A stretch of DNA of 64,000 nucleotides from Myxococcota bacterium (GCA_044344255.1 JBIJDH010000004.1:224001-288000); one strand, 5' to 3'; shown: positions 1 through 9,868, counted from the stretch's first letter. Made by a program: numbers and translations. Notes: a model not told the origin generated them from the letters alone.

Positions 1-25
1 CGAGCCCGCCCTCGCTCGCGCTGGG

Positions 26-2230
26 GTGGACGCCAGCGTGCTGGTGCGGGTCCGTGTCCCGCCCGGACCGCAGGCCGCCGCGAGCCGACGGCTCCTCCTG
101 ACCGCCTCGGTGGGCACGGTGGACGCCGTCACCCCCTCCGCTGACGGCTCCTTCGTCGCGCGATGGACGCCCCCTCCGAAGCCCGACCGTTCGCGGATCG
201 TGGTCTTCACGGCGGCCGACGCCGCGGCCCCCGACACCGCCGTGGGGGTGGGGCTCCTGCCGCTCGTGGTCAAACGATCGGTCACCGTCGACGCCCCGGC
301 GGGCAGCTCCAACCTGCTCGTCCTCGGCGATCGCAGCTACGGTCCGGTCCCGGCGTCCCCGGCGGGCACGGTGGCCTTCGACGTCGAGGTCAACCCCACC
401 GCGCCGAGCGCGACGCTGCGGAGCACGATCCAGGGCGCGACCACCGACAAGCCGGTCGATCTCGCCTACGGTGAGGCCCCCGCTTGGTCCTTCCTGCCCC
501 TGCCCGCCGTCGCTCTGGCCGATCCTTCCACCCCCTTTTTGGTCGGGTTGGCGGTCGTCGGGGCCGATGGGGGTCCTTGGAAGGGCTCGCTCCCCAGCCT
601 CACCGCCAACCAGGGACAGATCGGCCCGGTCACGGCCGGCGAGCTGGCCGGCGTCTACCGCGCGCTCTACACCCCGAGTCCGGCCCCGGGCCCCGTCACC
701 TTTGCCGCGAAGCTCGACAGCATGGAGCTGAGCCGCACGGTCGCGCTGGCGGCCCGCTTGCCGACGCTCTCGGTCACGACGACGCCCACCTCGCTCGAGC
801 CGGGTAAGAAGGAGGTGGTGATCACCGCCCTCCTCAAGGACGCCAATGGCACCTCCGTGCCCGGCGCGCCGCCCGACATCCTGGTCGACGGGCTCGAGAA
901 GGTGGGCAAGCCCATCGACAACAAAGACGGCACCTACCGCCTCAACACCAAGGTGAAGGCCTCGGCCGGGCAAGCCCTCGTGTTGGCCGAGCCGAACATG
1001 AAGGCCTCCGCGGAGGGGCCGGCGCGCCTCGTCGCCTGGACCGCCGACGCCTCCGTGGAGCCCGGCCATGTGGACTACCTCGTGGTGGCCGCGGTGGACC
1101 GCTTCGGGAACCCGATCGCCAACCTTCCGCTGAGCTTCTCGGTGCCGGTGGGGGACGGCAGTCTCAGCCCCTCCGGGAAGACCGACGGCAAGGGCCTCGC
1201 CTGGGTCGCATACACGGCGGGCAGCCGATTGGGGCCGGTGACGCTGCGGGTGCAGGGCGCGGGCCTGCAGGACGAGCTCGCGCTCTTCCAGGGTGCGGCG
1301 CCAGCCGGCCTCCTCCCCCCTGACGCCCTCGAGGCGCGCTGGCGCGCCGCGGTCGGGCTCGCCGTGCTGGACGGCCCGAAGGCTGCCGTGCCGGTGGCGG
1401 TGGCCGCCCCGGCTGGCTCCCCGTCGACCTCCGCGGCCGCGGCGCCGGTCGCGAGCGCGGCGCCGGTCACCTCGGCCGCGCCCGCCGCCGCCGCTGCGGC
1501 GACCTCGACGACGAAGGTCAAGGCGCCCAAGGCCCCGCGCGCCGCCTCGAGCGGCGACAAGGCTCCGACGCGGCTGATGCTCGGGCTCGCGACGATGCCG
1601 CGCACCTTCTCGATGACCGCCGAGGACGCGGCCGGCTCGGTGCCGCCCGAGGCGAGCTACTCCTCGGGTGACCTGTTTGGTGGTGACCCGTTCGGCGGCG
1701 CCGGGATTGACCTCCGGGCCGAGCTCGGCTTTAACGAGACCTGGGTGGCAGATGTCCGCGCGCGGCTGGGCGTCGAGTCGGTCGAGGCGGGCCACGACGA
1801 GCAGTCGATCAAGTCCTGGTCGGGGGCCGTGGGCGCCCGCTATCGGCGGGAGCTGACGGACGGGGTGCATTACTACGGCATCGGCCAGATCCACCGTATC
1901 TCCGCACCCTACTTTCAGTATGGGGACGAGCGGAAGGTGGTCGTGGACGTCCACCAGGCGAGCAAGGTCGGCCTGCGGGCGGGCGGCGGCCTGGAAGCGG
2001 CGATCGGGCCGGTCTTCGCCGAGCTGGAGGCCACCGAGACCTTGGTCCCCTTGCCCGCCGATGCGCACCTCGGACTCCTCCTCGGCGTGGCGGTCCAGAG
2101 CAACATGGCCGTGCACCTCGGGGTCGATCTTGACTGGCTGGCCATCCGCGAGACGGTGGACGAGGTCGACATCAAGCTCAAGTCAAAGGAGCAGGTGCTC
2201 TTCCTCGGCGGGACGCTCGCCTTCGATTGA
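26..2230 (+). CDS. Large surface/outer-membrane protein with Ig-like (invasin/Big_1-like) domains, an Ala/Pro linker and a probable C-terminal beta-barrel; probably 5'-truncated by the window edge
   Basis: The frame is open from the window start. Ig-like motifs (VVITALLKDANG, DNKDGTYR, AVDRFGNPI, TDGKGLA). The C-terminal ~220 aa show alternating beta-strand pattern and end in LAFD. Confidence 0.6.
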   Translation: MDASVLVRVRVPPGPQAAASRRLLLTASVGTVDAVTPSADGSFVARWTPPPKPDRSRIVVFTAADAAAPDTAVGVGLLPLVVKRSVTVDAPAGSSNLLVLGDRSYGPVPASPAGTVAFDVEVNPTAPSATLRSTIQGATTDKPVDLAYGEAPAWSFLPLPAVALADPSTPFLVGLAVVGADGGPWKGSLPSLTANQGQIGPVTAGELAGVYRALYTPSPAPGPVTFAAKLDSMELSRTVALAARLPTLSVTTTPTSLEPGKKEVVITALLKDANGTSVPGAPPDILVDGLEKVGKPIDNKDGTYRLNTKVKASAGQALVLAEPNMKASAEGPARLVAWTADASVEPGHVDYLVVAAVDRFGNPIANLPLSFSVPVGDGSLSPSGKTDGKGLAWVAYTAGSRLGPVTLRVQGAGLQDELALFQGAAPAGLLPPDALEARWRAAVGLAVLDGPKAAVPVAVAAPAGSPSTSAAAAPVASAAPVTSAAPAAAAAATSTTKVKAPKAPRAASSGDKAPTRLMLGLATMPRTFSMTAEDAAGSVPPEASYSSGDLFGGDPFGGAGIDLRAELGFNETWVADVRARLGVESVEAGHDEQSIKSWSGAVGARYRRELTDGVHYYGIGQIHRISAPYFQYGDERKVVVDVHQASKVGLRAGGGLEAAIGPVFAELEATETLVPLPADAHLGLLLGVAVQSNMAVHLGVDLDWLAIRETVDEVDIKLKSKEQVLFLGGTLAFD

Positions 2231-2340
2231 CCGGGGCGCCCTCGCCAGACCTGACCTGAAGTTGGCGAGCGCGGAAGATGTCCCGCTGCCGATCGTCAGT
2301 CGCTTTGGCTATACTCTTGCAGTCTTCCACGGAGCCTTCG

Positions 2341-3222
2341 ATGCGCCTTCTCCTCCTCGGCCTCCCCCTGTTCGTTGTCGCTTGCTCAGGCGGCAAGAGC
2401 TCCTCTGACCGTTCGAATGACCAGAGCACGAGCGGCGACGGGGGCGGCGGCGATTCGACCACCGACACCGACGGCGACGGTGTAACGGACAGCGACGAAG
2501 AGGCCGCCGGCACTGACCCTGCTGCCGCTGACTCCGACGCCGACGGGATCATGGATGGGGACGAGCTCGCGGGTGGCACGGATCCCCTCTCCGGTGACTC
2601 CGATGAAGACGGCTACCCCGACGGCGCGGAGGTCGCCGCTGGCTCCGATCCCAACGACGCCTCCAGCCTCCTCTACACCGGCGGCTGGCCTTACAACCCG
2701 AACAAGGACTCCATGACCGCCGGTGACCCGGAGGACATGGCCGCCGTGGACGGTGTGGTGCCGCGCTTCGTGTTCATGGACCAGTATGGCGACATGGTCG
2801 ACATCTATGACTTCGCCCAGCAGGGCAAGCCGATGATCATCGACCTCTCGGGCGTCTGGTGCTACTGGTGTAATGAGGCCGCCAAGCTCATCGAAGGGAG
2901 CCCCAGCGCGCTCGACGGATACGGCTTTGAGGGCATCCACGACGCCATTGTCAACGGTGACGTGTACTGGATCACCATCCTCGACTCCAATCGCTCCGGG
3001 GCCCCGGCCGCCGACGACACCGCCGAGAACTGGTTCAACCTCTACCCCTTTGAGCCCGTGCTGGTGCTGAGCGACGTGAACCAAGAGTCCACCGCCTGGA
3101 TCGCGCCCTCCGGCTACCCCACCATGATGTTCGTCGATGAGAACATGGTCATCACGAACTACAAGAAGGCCGACTACACCAAGGCGATCACCGCGGCGAT
3201 CAACTACTCCGAGTCGCTCTGA
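2341..3222 (+). CDS. Lipoprotein with Asp-rich Ca-binding (DxDxDG) repeats and a C-terminal thioredoxin-like domain
   Basis: Lipobox FVVAC after the ATG at 2341 (GGAG upstream). Repeats DTDGDG/DSDADG/DSDEDG. WCYWC CxxC motif and GYPT cis-Pro motif. Confidence 0.75.
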   Translation: MRLLLLGLPLFVVACSGGKSSSDRSNDQSTSGDGGGGDSTTDTDGDGVTDSDEEAAGTDPAAADSDADGIMDGDELAGGTDPLSGDSDEDGYPDGAEVAAGSDPNDASSLLYTGGWPYNPNKDSMTAGDPEDMAAVDGVVPRFVFMDQYGDMVDIYDFAQQGKPMIIDLSGVWCYWCNEAAKLIEGSPSALDGYGFEGIHDAIVNGDVYWITILDSNRSGAPAADDTAENWFNLYPFEPVLVLSDVNQESTAWIAPSGYPTMMFVDENMVITNYKKADYTKAITAAINYSESL

Positions 3223-3254
3223 GTCGGCCACCCCGATGACGGGGTGACCCAGGT

Positions 3255-3298
3255 AGGCCCCGGGGAGCACGATCCAAGGATCGTGCTCTTCGGGGCCT
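3255..3298. terminator. Long GC-rich hairpin between convergent genes; likely intrinsic terminator
   Basis: aggccccggggagcacgatcc-aa-ggatcgtgctcttcggggcct is a near-perfect inverted repeat, followed by a pyrimidine tract. Confidence 0.7.
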
Positions 3299-3328
3299 CT
3301 CTCTTTGGGCTCGTAGCCGTCCGTCGGT

Positions 3329-4915
3329 CTACTTCCCCGGGGGCGCGGCTTCGCGCATTCCGGCGGGGCAGTCCGGCTTAGCCTCGATCCGGTAGTAGCC
3401 CACCTCGTCGGCCCAGAACTCGCCCTCGTAGGGCCAGGCTCGCCAGCCCGGCTTGACCCGGGCCTTCCGGCCGACGGTGTCGCGGACCTTCGCCATGTCG
3501 CCGGTGGCCGCGGCCATCTCGTAGAGGCGCGTCTCCATGCTGAGCATGTCCAGCTTGGAGAGCTCGGCGTCGGCCAACATCTGGTCGAGGGCGGCGCTCA
3601 TCTTCTGGGCGTCGGCCTGGATGCGCTTGCCTTCGGTCTGGCGGATGGAGGCCTTACGGTCGGCCACCCAGCCCTTCGCGGCGCGGCTGAAGGGGTTGGC
3701 GGCGATGTTGTCGAGCCGCTTTGACTCGTCTTCGGCGGAGCGCACGGCGCGCAGGCTGCCCAGGAAGCGGTCTTCTGCCTCGAAGTGCCAGGTCACCATC
3801 GCAGGGATCTGGTTGCTGCCGCCGTTCTTCTTCTCGACGTGGTCGGCCATCTGGTCGAAGAGGGCGTCCGGGGTCTCGGCGGCGACCCGCTTCAGCTCGG
3901 CGGCCTTGGGCGTGTAAGCCACCTGGAAGGCGGCCACCTGGCGGCTCGCTTCGGGGAACTTGCACATCAAGAAGAGCGAGTGGATGCGGAGCAGCCAAGC
4001 CTCTGGGTAGAACCACTGGTCGAAGAAGGGCGACACGTGGTTCTGGAGGAGGCTCAGGGCGCCGTTCATGTCATTGACACGGAAGTGCGCCCAGGCCCGC
4101 TCGAATTCCGCCTCCGGCCAGTCCCGGCTGCCGCGCTGCACCTTCGCGTAGTACTCGATGGCGCGCGGGAAGTTGCCCGCCGCGTAGTAAGCGCGGGCGA
4201 TGTTGAGGTCGGTGTGATTGAAGAACTCGCTGCCGCGGCCGAGCTTCTCGGCGGAGCCCCGCGCGGTGAGCAGCGGCGCGAGGGCGTCTACGGGCTTTCC
4301 CTGGAGCGAGAAGTTGATGCCCTCGAGGGTCTTGGCCTCCGGGTACCAGGGGTCCTCGGGGCGCACCATCTTGAGGATGGCCCCGGCGGTGCCGAAGTTA
4401 CCGGAGTGGACGGACTCGCGGGCCGCGAGGTAGGCCATCCGGCTGCGGGTGGCGGGATCGACCTCGAGGCCGACGTTTGCAGCGAACACCTTCTCGAGGA
4501 CCCCGGTGTCACCGACCTTCTCGCCGAGCTCAATCGCCAGCTTGGCGGAGTCGCTGACGAGGACGGGATCTTTGGCGAGGGCCTTCTCGTAGGCGAGGAG
4601 GGCGGCGTAGGGCAGGTCGAGCTCGCGCAGCACGCCGCCGAGCCGGGCCCAGGCCTCGGCGTGAAACTTGTCGTTGGCCGGGTTCTCGACGATCTCGACC
4701 AGCAGGTCAGCGGCCTTGGCCTTCCGCCCTTCTTTGTAGGCCGTGTCGACCTCGCCGAAGACCTTGGCCCGCTCGGCCATGTCGAGCGTGGAGCCAGCCT
4801 CGGTCTTCGAGGCGGTCTCGGGCTTCTTGGCCTCACCCTTCTCGTTCTTCTTCGCCGCCCAAGCCGGCCCGCCGAGGCAGAGCGCGAGCCCGAGCAGCAG
4901 GGCGGAGGGCCTCAT
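3329..4915 (-). CDS. Secreted TPR protein resembling the adventurous-gliding protein GltC
   Basis: Signal peptide MRPSALLLGLALCLGGPAWA. TPR helices. C-terminal WPYEGEFWADEVGYYR resembles the GltC-type tail. The ATG overlaps the upstream stop (ATGA). Confidence 0.7.
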   Translation of the reverse strand: MRPSALLLGLALCLGGPAWAAKKNEKGEAKKPETASKTEAGSTLDMAERAKVFGEVDTAYKEGRKAKAADLLVEIVENPANDKFHAEAWARLGGVLRELDLPYAALLAYEKALAKDPVLVSDSAKLAIELGEKVGDTGVLEKVFAANVGLEVDPATRSRMAYLAARESVHSGNFGTAGAILKMVRPEDPWYPEAKTLEGINFSLQGKPVDALAPLLTARGSAEKLGRGSEFFNHTDLNIARAYYAAGNFPRAIEYYAKVQRGSRDWPEAEFERAWAHFRVNDMNGALSLLQNHVSPFFDQWFYPEAWLLRIHSLFLMCKFPEASRQVAAFQVAYTPKAAELKRVAAETPDALFDQMADHVEKKNGGSNQIPAMVTWHFEAEDRFLGSLRAVRSAEDESKRLDNIAANPFSRAAKGWVADRKASIRQTEGKRIQADAQKMSAALDQMLADAELSKLDMLSMETRLYEMAAATGDMAKVRDTVGRKARVKPGWRAWPYEGEFWADEVGYYRIEAKPDCPAGMREAAPPGK

Positions 4916-5652
4916 GACTTCCTCTTGCCGAGCTTGCTGTAGCCGATGGTGATGGCCGCGTTCTGCTTGAGGAAGAAGCCCTGGGAGTCGGCGGTCTTGA
5001 CCCGCTTCTCTCGCAGGAGGTCGTCTCGGACCTGCACGCGGATGGTGCCGGTGTCGTGTACGAAGAAGCGCATCCCCACCCCGAGGCCGAGGGTGGGGGA
5101 GAAGGCCATCGCGTTGTCGGGCAAGATGGCCTGCTCGGCCGAGACGCCGAGGCCGCCGAGGCCGTAGATGTCGTAGTGGGCGATCTTCTTGCCGGCGAGG
5201 CTCATCTTGGCGTAGATCGGCGACCACTGGGCGTCGACGAGGAAGCTGCCGAGGAAGCGATAGGCGTCGGGCGTGATGCCGTAAGCGTCGCTCTCCAAGA
5301 TCTTGTAGTTGGCGTTCTTCAGGCCGTAGCCCCCGGTGAAGGAGCCTTCGAAGCCGAGCTGTTCGCTCTTGCTCCACATGCCGGTGAGCTGGAACACCGG
5401 CGTGGTGGTGTAGGTGTCGAAGGGCATCCAGCCGAGGTGGGCGCCGAGCTCCAGGCGGCCCGTCTTCGGGAAGAGCAGCTTCTGCACGACGGTGATGTCC
5501 TGGTTCTTCAGGACGCCGATGTCGAGCGGGCTGCTCACCGCCGGCTTGTCCGCGCTCGGCGGCGGAATATCGTCGTCACTCTGGGCGAAGGCCGCGCGGG
5601 AGGCCAGGAGGGCCATGCCGGTCGCGAGGAGGGCGCGCAACATCATCGACAC
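4912..5652 (-). CDS. Outer-membrane beta-barrel domain protein (myxobacterial GltA/GltB/GltH-like family)
   Basis: Signal peptide; VVQKLLFPKTGRLEL and WSPIYAKMSL...HYDIYGLGGLG motifs. The start may be 5646 or 5643. Confidence 0.7.
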   Translation of the reverse strand: MSMMLRALLATGMALLASRAAFAQSDDDIPPPSADKPAVSSPLDIGVLKNQDITVVQKLLFPKTGRLELGAHLGWMPFDTYTTTPVFQLTGMWSKSEQLGFEGSFTGGYGLKNANYKILESDAYGITPDAYRFLGSFLVDAQWSPIYAKMSLAGKKIAHYDIYGLGGLGVSAEQAILPDNAMAFSPTLGLGVGMRFFVHDTGTIRVQVRDDLLREKRVKTADSQGFFLKQNAAITIGYSKLGKRKS

Positions 5653-5708
5653 ACCACGGAAGACAGGGGGACAAACAGGGAAGGGCGAGAGACGGGGCGC
5701 ACGCGGGG

Positions 5709-7112
5709 CTAAAAGGGCAGCTCCCGCGGGTTTCCGGACAGCGGCCGGTAGTAGATGCGGACGTCGGCGTTGTAGCCGGGCACCTGATCGGGCCAGAAGA
5801 CCACCGCGTTCTGGGCGGAGTCGTAGCTCCAGCCGTCGGCGTAGATGGGCTCGGTGGAGGGGTCTTCAGAGATCGCATCGGCGTTCTCGATGGTCGCCGA
5901 AGGGATCTCCTCCCCGTCGATCCACACCTGGATGGTGCTGGTGTCGGGCACGCTCTGGAGCTGGAACACCGTCTGCAGGTTGTTCAGCAGGTCGCCGAGC
6001 TGCTCGAGGTAGGTGGCGAAGTCGGAGAGCTCGCAGGCGTCGTCGGAGGCGCCGGGGGCGACGATGTTCTGGTAGAAGCCGCCTGTCACGGTGGCGGCGT
6101 CTTGCAGGCGCTCGACGCTCCAGGTGGGGACGGCGTCGGCGCACTTCACGCCGCCGGTGGCCGGATCGAGGTAGGGCCCGATGGCCACGATCTTGATCGG
6201 GCGCTCGAACTCGGAGAGGAGGTCGAGGTAGGGCTGGGGGTCCGCCTCGCCCTGCGAGAGGCGGCGCGAGTTGTCTCCTTCATCGCTGACGATCACCACC
6301 ACGACCGTGCTGTCGTCGCGGAGGAAGCCGTCGTTGGTGTACTCAGGCGGCACGATGAAGGGGGAGAGGGGGTCATAGCAGCCCTCGGGGGGCTCCTCGA
6401 CCGAGCGGCACAAGGCGAGGTACGCCGCCTCGAGCGGCTCCTCCTGGCCGGAGCCGCTGTTGCCCTGCCAGCCGTCGATACCGCACTCGCAGTCGAGGTA
6501 CTCGAGGGAGATGAGGTCGTCGGGGCCGAGGGGGGTGCCGCAGATGTAGGCGGAATCCGAGGTGAGCGCGCTCTCGTTCCAGCTCGCCGCCTCACAGAGC
6601 AGGTTGCGGCGGAAGTCTCCCTCCACATCGTCTCCGCCGCGGGCCACGACGGTGGGATCGCCGAGCAGCCGCCCGGCCTCACCGGGGTCTACGCCGTCGG
6701 AGTCACCGAAGCCGGCGTAGTCCACCGAGGTGGACGTGATCGCGAGGTGGTAGTCGATGATGCTGCCGCGGTCGCTCGTGTAGGTCACGTAATTGGCGAC
6801 GGCGTCTTCGAGGCTGCCGGTGGGGGGCTCGGAGCCCCGCAGCGTCTCGATGAACGTATTGAAATTGAGCCCGAGCGAGGCTGTCTCCTCTACCATCGAC
6901 GGGGAGTTGTCGATGACGAAGAGGATGTCGGCCTGGTTCGAGTACGAGACCTGCTCGTATCCGGCGACGTTGAACATCGCGTACCGGTTGCAGCCGGGCA
7001 GGGCGCCGAGCGCGGCGATCGCCGCGAGGCCGGCGAAGCGGGCGGTGACCCGGTCTGCGCGGTGGAGCAAGGCAGGGAAGGCAGAACGTACGGGCTGGTG
7101 AAGGGCCACCAT
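5709..7112 (-). CDS. VWA-domain lipoprotein
   Basis: Lipobox-like LPGC. Intact MIDAS in DILFVIDNSPSM, plus VVVIVSDEGD. Cys-rich inserts. Start uncertain. Confidence 0.7.
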   Translation of the reverse strand: MVALHQPVRSAFPALLHRADRVTARFAGLAAIAALGALPGCNRYAMFNVAGYEQVSYSNQADILFVIDNSPSMVEETASLGLNFNTFIETLRGSEPPTGSLEDAVANYVTYTSDRGSIIDYHLAITSTSVDYAGFGDSDGVDPGEAGRLLGDPTVVARGGDDVEGDFRRNLLCEAASWNESALTSDSAYICGTPLGPDDLISLEYLDCECGIDGWQGNSGSGQEEPLEAAYLALCRSVEEPPEGCYDPLSPFIVPPEYTNDGFLRDDSTVVVVIVSDEGDNSRRLSQGEADPQPYLDLLSEFERPIKIVAIGPYLDPATGGVKCADAVPTWSVERLQDAATVTGGFYQNIVAPGASDDACELSDFATYLEQLGDLLNNLQTVFQLQSVPDTSTIQVWIDGEEIPSATIENADAISEDPSTEPIYADGWSYDSAQNAVVFWPDQVPGYNADVRIYYRPLSGNPRELPF

Positions 7113-7297
7113 CGCCTCCGGGGAGCGGCGCTCAGTGTACCGGGGTCGGGTGGGCTGCCGCAAGGAAGCCACCCCGGAGAGGACCTGCAAGTTTGTGTCA
7201 ACTGCGCTGCCCGGGGGAGCAGAGCGCGGGGAGCGTCGTGCCGGTGCGGCGCAGCGCAGGGGGGGAGACCGAGAGGGGAGGGGAGGGCGTCGGGGGG

Positions 7298-9868
7298 TCA
7301 GAGGTTGCGGACGATCGTCTCGATCGTGCGGAAGGTGTGTGAGACCCTCGGTTGGACGGCCTGACCGCGCGTCCGATGGTGCTCGATGAGGTGGGCCCAC
7401 AGGGAGGCGAACTCATCACGGATCTTGTCGTAGTCGCGGTTCTGGACGAGCTCGCCCATACGGACCACCGGCGGGGGTGCGCCCTCCGGGTAGCAGGCGC
7501 GCATCCGCCCCACCGTCTCTTGGAGGAGCATCGCGATGGGGTCTTGTGCGGGCGGTGCGGCCGCCGCGGGCCGGGGCGCGCGCGGGGGAGCGCCGCTGGG
7601 GGCAGGGGCCTCGTCCTCCACCATCATGAGCGGGGTGGTGACGGGGCTCCCGGCAGGGGAGGGAGGTCGGAAGGGGACGTCTTCGACGATGCGGGCGGGC
7701 GCGAGCGGGGCCTCGGTCGTCGGTCGGGTCGGGGCAGGGGAGCGCTGCGGGGGGGTGGGCTCCGGGGTGGGCAAGGAGGGCGCGCTGCGGGGGAGCCGAG
7801 CGGTGGGCTCGGCGGCGATCTGCGCGCCGCCCCGCGGCGGGGCAGGGGTGAGCGCGCCGGACATGTCGAAGACGGCGTCCGCCGACAGGTCGTCGGCCAC
7901 GTCTTCCATGCCGATGAGCTCGACCGGCAGCCGGTGGGTGTCGGTCGGCTCGTCGAGGGGCTCTGGCGCCGGCATCTGGGGGGCTGGCGTGGCGGCGGGG
8001 GCCGGGGGGCTCGGCTCCACGGGCGGCGGGGCGGTGGTCTCGTCGGAGGGCGTGAGCTGGAACAGGACCTCGACCGAGCTGTTCGGATCGGGCCAGCCCG
8101 CGGACGGTCGGGCGGCCTTCGCTCCCGGCTCGTCGCTCGTGGCGACCTGGGGAGCGGGCGCGCCCACCTCGTCGGTCGGGTCTACCAGCAACATCGGCGG
8201 CGCGATCCGCGGCGAGGCGGGGGCCGCGGCGGCGCTCGCTTCGACGGTGGGCGGATCGCTGACGGGCGGGGCCAGGGGCGCGGCGGCGGGGGGTGTCTCG
8301 GGCGCCGCGGCCTCTCTGGCCTGTTGTGCCGCGAGCTCGATCTCGGCGGCGAGCAGCTCGGCCTCGATCTGGGCTGCGATCTGGCGTTCGATCTGCTCGG
8401 CCTGCGCCTGCTCGGCTCGTCGCGCGGCTTCGCGCTCTTCGGCGGCTCGCAGCGCCGCCGCGGCCGCCTCCTGCGCGGCGCGGCGCTGCTCCTCGGCGGC
8501 TCGTTCGGCCTCAAGTCGCTCGGCCTCGAGTCGCTCGGCCTCGAGTCGTTCGGCCTCGAGTCGTTCGGCCTCGAGTCGTTCGGCCTCGAGTCGCTCGGCC
8601 TCGAGTCGTTCGGCCTCGAGTCGTTCGGCCTCGAGTCGCTGGACCTCTCGCCGGGCGGCCTCCAGCCGCTCGGCCTCTCGGCGAGCGACCTCCTGCCTCT
8701 CGGCCTCTCGGCGCTCGGCCTCTCGCCGGGCGGCCTCGGATCGCTCGGCCTCGACGCGGGCGGCCTCGAGCCGCGCCGCCTCGACGCGGGCGGCCTCGGC
8801 GCGGGCGGCCTCGGCGCGGGCGGCGTCGACTCGGGCCTCCTCCGCCTTCGCGGCGGCCTCGGCGCGGGCGGCGGCCAGCCGATCGGCGTCGATCCGGGCG
8901 GCCTCGATCCGGGCGGCCTCGGCCTGCGCCGCCTCCATCCGCGTGACCTCCTCGGCCAAGGGCGTGCGGGCCGGGGTGGGCAGGCGGTGCAGGCCGCGGT
9001 CGTTGAGGAAGCGGTCCACGTCCTGGCCGAGCAGGGACTCGAGGTCGCTCAGGCGGAGGCAGCCCTTGACGCCGGTGAGGCTGAGCTGCTCGTGGTTGTG
9101 GCACTCCACCACCGTGACCCGGCCGGCGGTGCCCGCCTCGAAGCTCACGGTGGGGGCGATGAAGACGTCGGACTGCAGGCGGGTCTCGCCCACTCGGATG
9201 CTCGTACGGGCCTGGGCGACCTTGAGCTCCGCCCGCCCGCCGTCGAGGCGGATGGTGTCCGCGCGGAGGGAGTCGGCCTCGACGTTGCCGTGCAGCTCTG
9301 CGCTCTCACCGGCTCGGAGCTCCGTGGCGTGGACCGGGCCTCGGGCCTCGAGGTCGGTCCCGGCGACGATCAGGCGGGCGCGGGTGGCGCCCCGGAGGTC
9401 GAGGCGCCCCTCGGTGGCCTCGACGCGATCGGCCACGGTGTCGCCGCCGATCGACACGGCGCCGTGCCGGGCGAGGATGTCGCCCTTCACACGGCAGGCG
9501 CCGCTCACGACCAGGTCGCCCACTTCGATGTGGAGGCTGTTGGCCTCGACGTTCCCTTCGATACGGACCTCGGCGCCGACCACGGTGTGCGCCCGCAGGT
9601 TCCCGCCGATCCGAAGCCCCTGGGCCGTGACCGCCTCGGCGGTGAGCGAGCCCGTGACCTCGATGTTGCCCTCGGGCGCCTCGACCCGGCTGAGCTGGGC
9701 GTCAAAGTGGAGGTGGACGTTGCCGAGCCGCGAGCGGACCTTGTGGAGGCGCTGCCCGAGGGTGCCGTACAGGACGATGTCCCCGTCGTGCTCGATCTCG
9801 AGCCCACCCTCGACCTGATGGAAGACGAGGCCGGCGGGGACGACAAAGGGGTCGGTTCGGGTGCCCAT
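7298..9868 (-). CDS. Protein with an N-terminal bactofilin-like beta-helix region, a long charged coiled-coil, a Pro-rich linker and a small C-terminal helical domain
   Basis: Repeated VxGxL/IxA beta-helix turns in the first ~270 aa; (RLEAE)n helical repeats; Pro/Ala-rich region. Start taken at ATG 9868. Confidence 0.55.
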   Translation of the reverse strand: MGTRTDPFVVPAGLVFHQVEGGLEIEHDGDIVLYGTLGQRLHKVRSRLGNVHLHFDAQLSRVEAPEGNIEVTGSLTAEAVTAQGLRIGGNLRAHTVVGAEVRIEGNVEANSLHIEVGDLVVSGACRVKGDILARHGAVSIGGDTVADRVEATEGRLDLRGATRARLIVAGTDLEARGPVHATELRAGESAELHGNVEADSLRADTIRLDGGRAELKVAQARTSIRVGETRLQSDVFIAPTVSFEAGTAGRVTVVECHNHEQLSLTGVKGCLRLSDLESLLGQDVDRFLNDRGLHRLPTPARTPLAEEVTRMEAAQAEAARIEAARIDADRLAAARAEAAAKAEEARVDAARAEAARAEAARVEAARLEAARVEAERSEAARREAERREAERQEVARREAERLEAARREVQRLEAERLEAERLEAERLEAERLEAERLEAERLEAERLEAERLEAERAAEEQRRAAQEAAAAALRAAEEREAARRAEQAQAEQIERQIAAQIEAELLAAEIELAAQQAREAAAPETPPAAAPLAPPVSDPPTVEASAAAAPASPRIAPPMLLVDPTDEVGAPAPQVATSDEPGAKAARPSAGWPDPNSSVEVLFQLTPSDETTAPPPVEPSPPAPAATPAPQMPAPEPLDEPTDTHRLPVELIGMEDVADDLSADAVFDMSGALTPAPPRGGAQIAAEPTARLPRSAPSLPTPEPTPPQRSPAPTRPTTEAPLAPARIVEDVPFRPPSPAGSPVTTPLMMVEDEAPAPSGAPPRAPRPAAAAPPAQDPIAMLLQETVGRMRACYPEGAPPPVVRMGELVQNRDYDKIRDEFASLWAHLIEHHRTRGQAVQPRVSHTFRTIETIVRNL
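8503..8640 (-). repeat. 15-bp coding tandem repeat, about 9 copies, encoding (RLEAE)n
   Basis: Unit cggcctcgagtcg(c/t)t is repeated directly on the + strand. Confidence 0.9.

Noticed and set aside
4916..5377. N-terminal extension of the 682-aa TPR ORF
   Set aside because: Out-of-frame overlap with the barrel gene; the signal peptide starts at 4915.
8503..8640. Possible CRISPR array (also considered for 14216-14266)
   Set aside because: Contiguous repeats without unique spacers, coding in frame, and no cas operon in the window.
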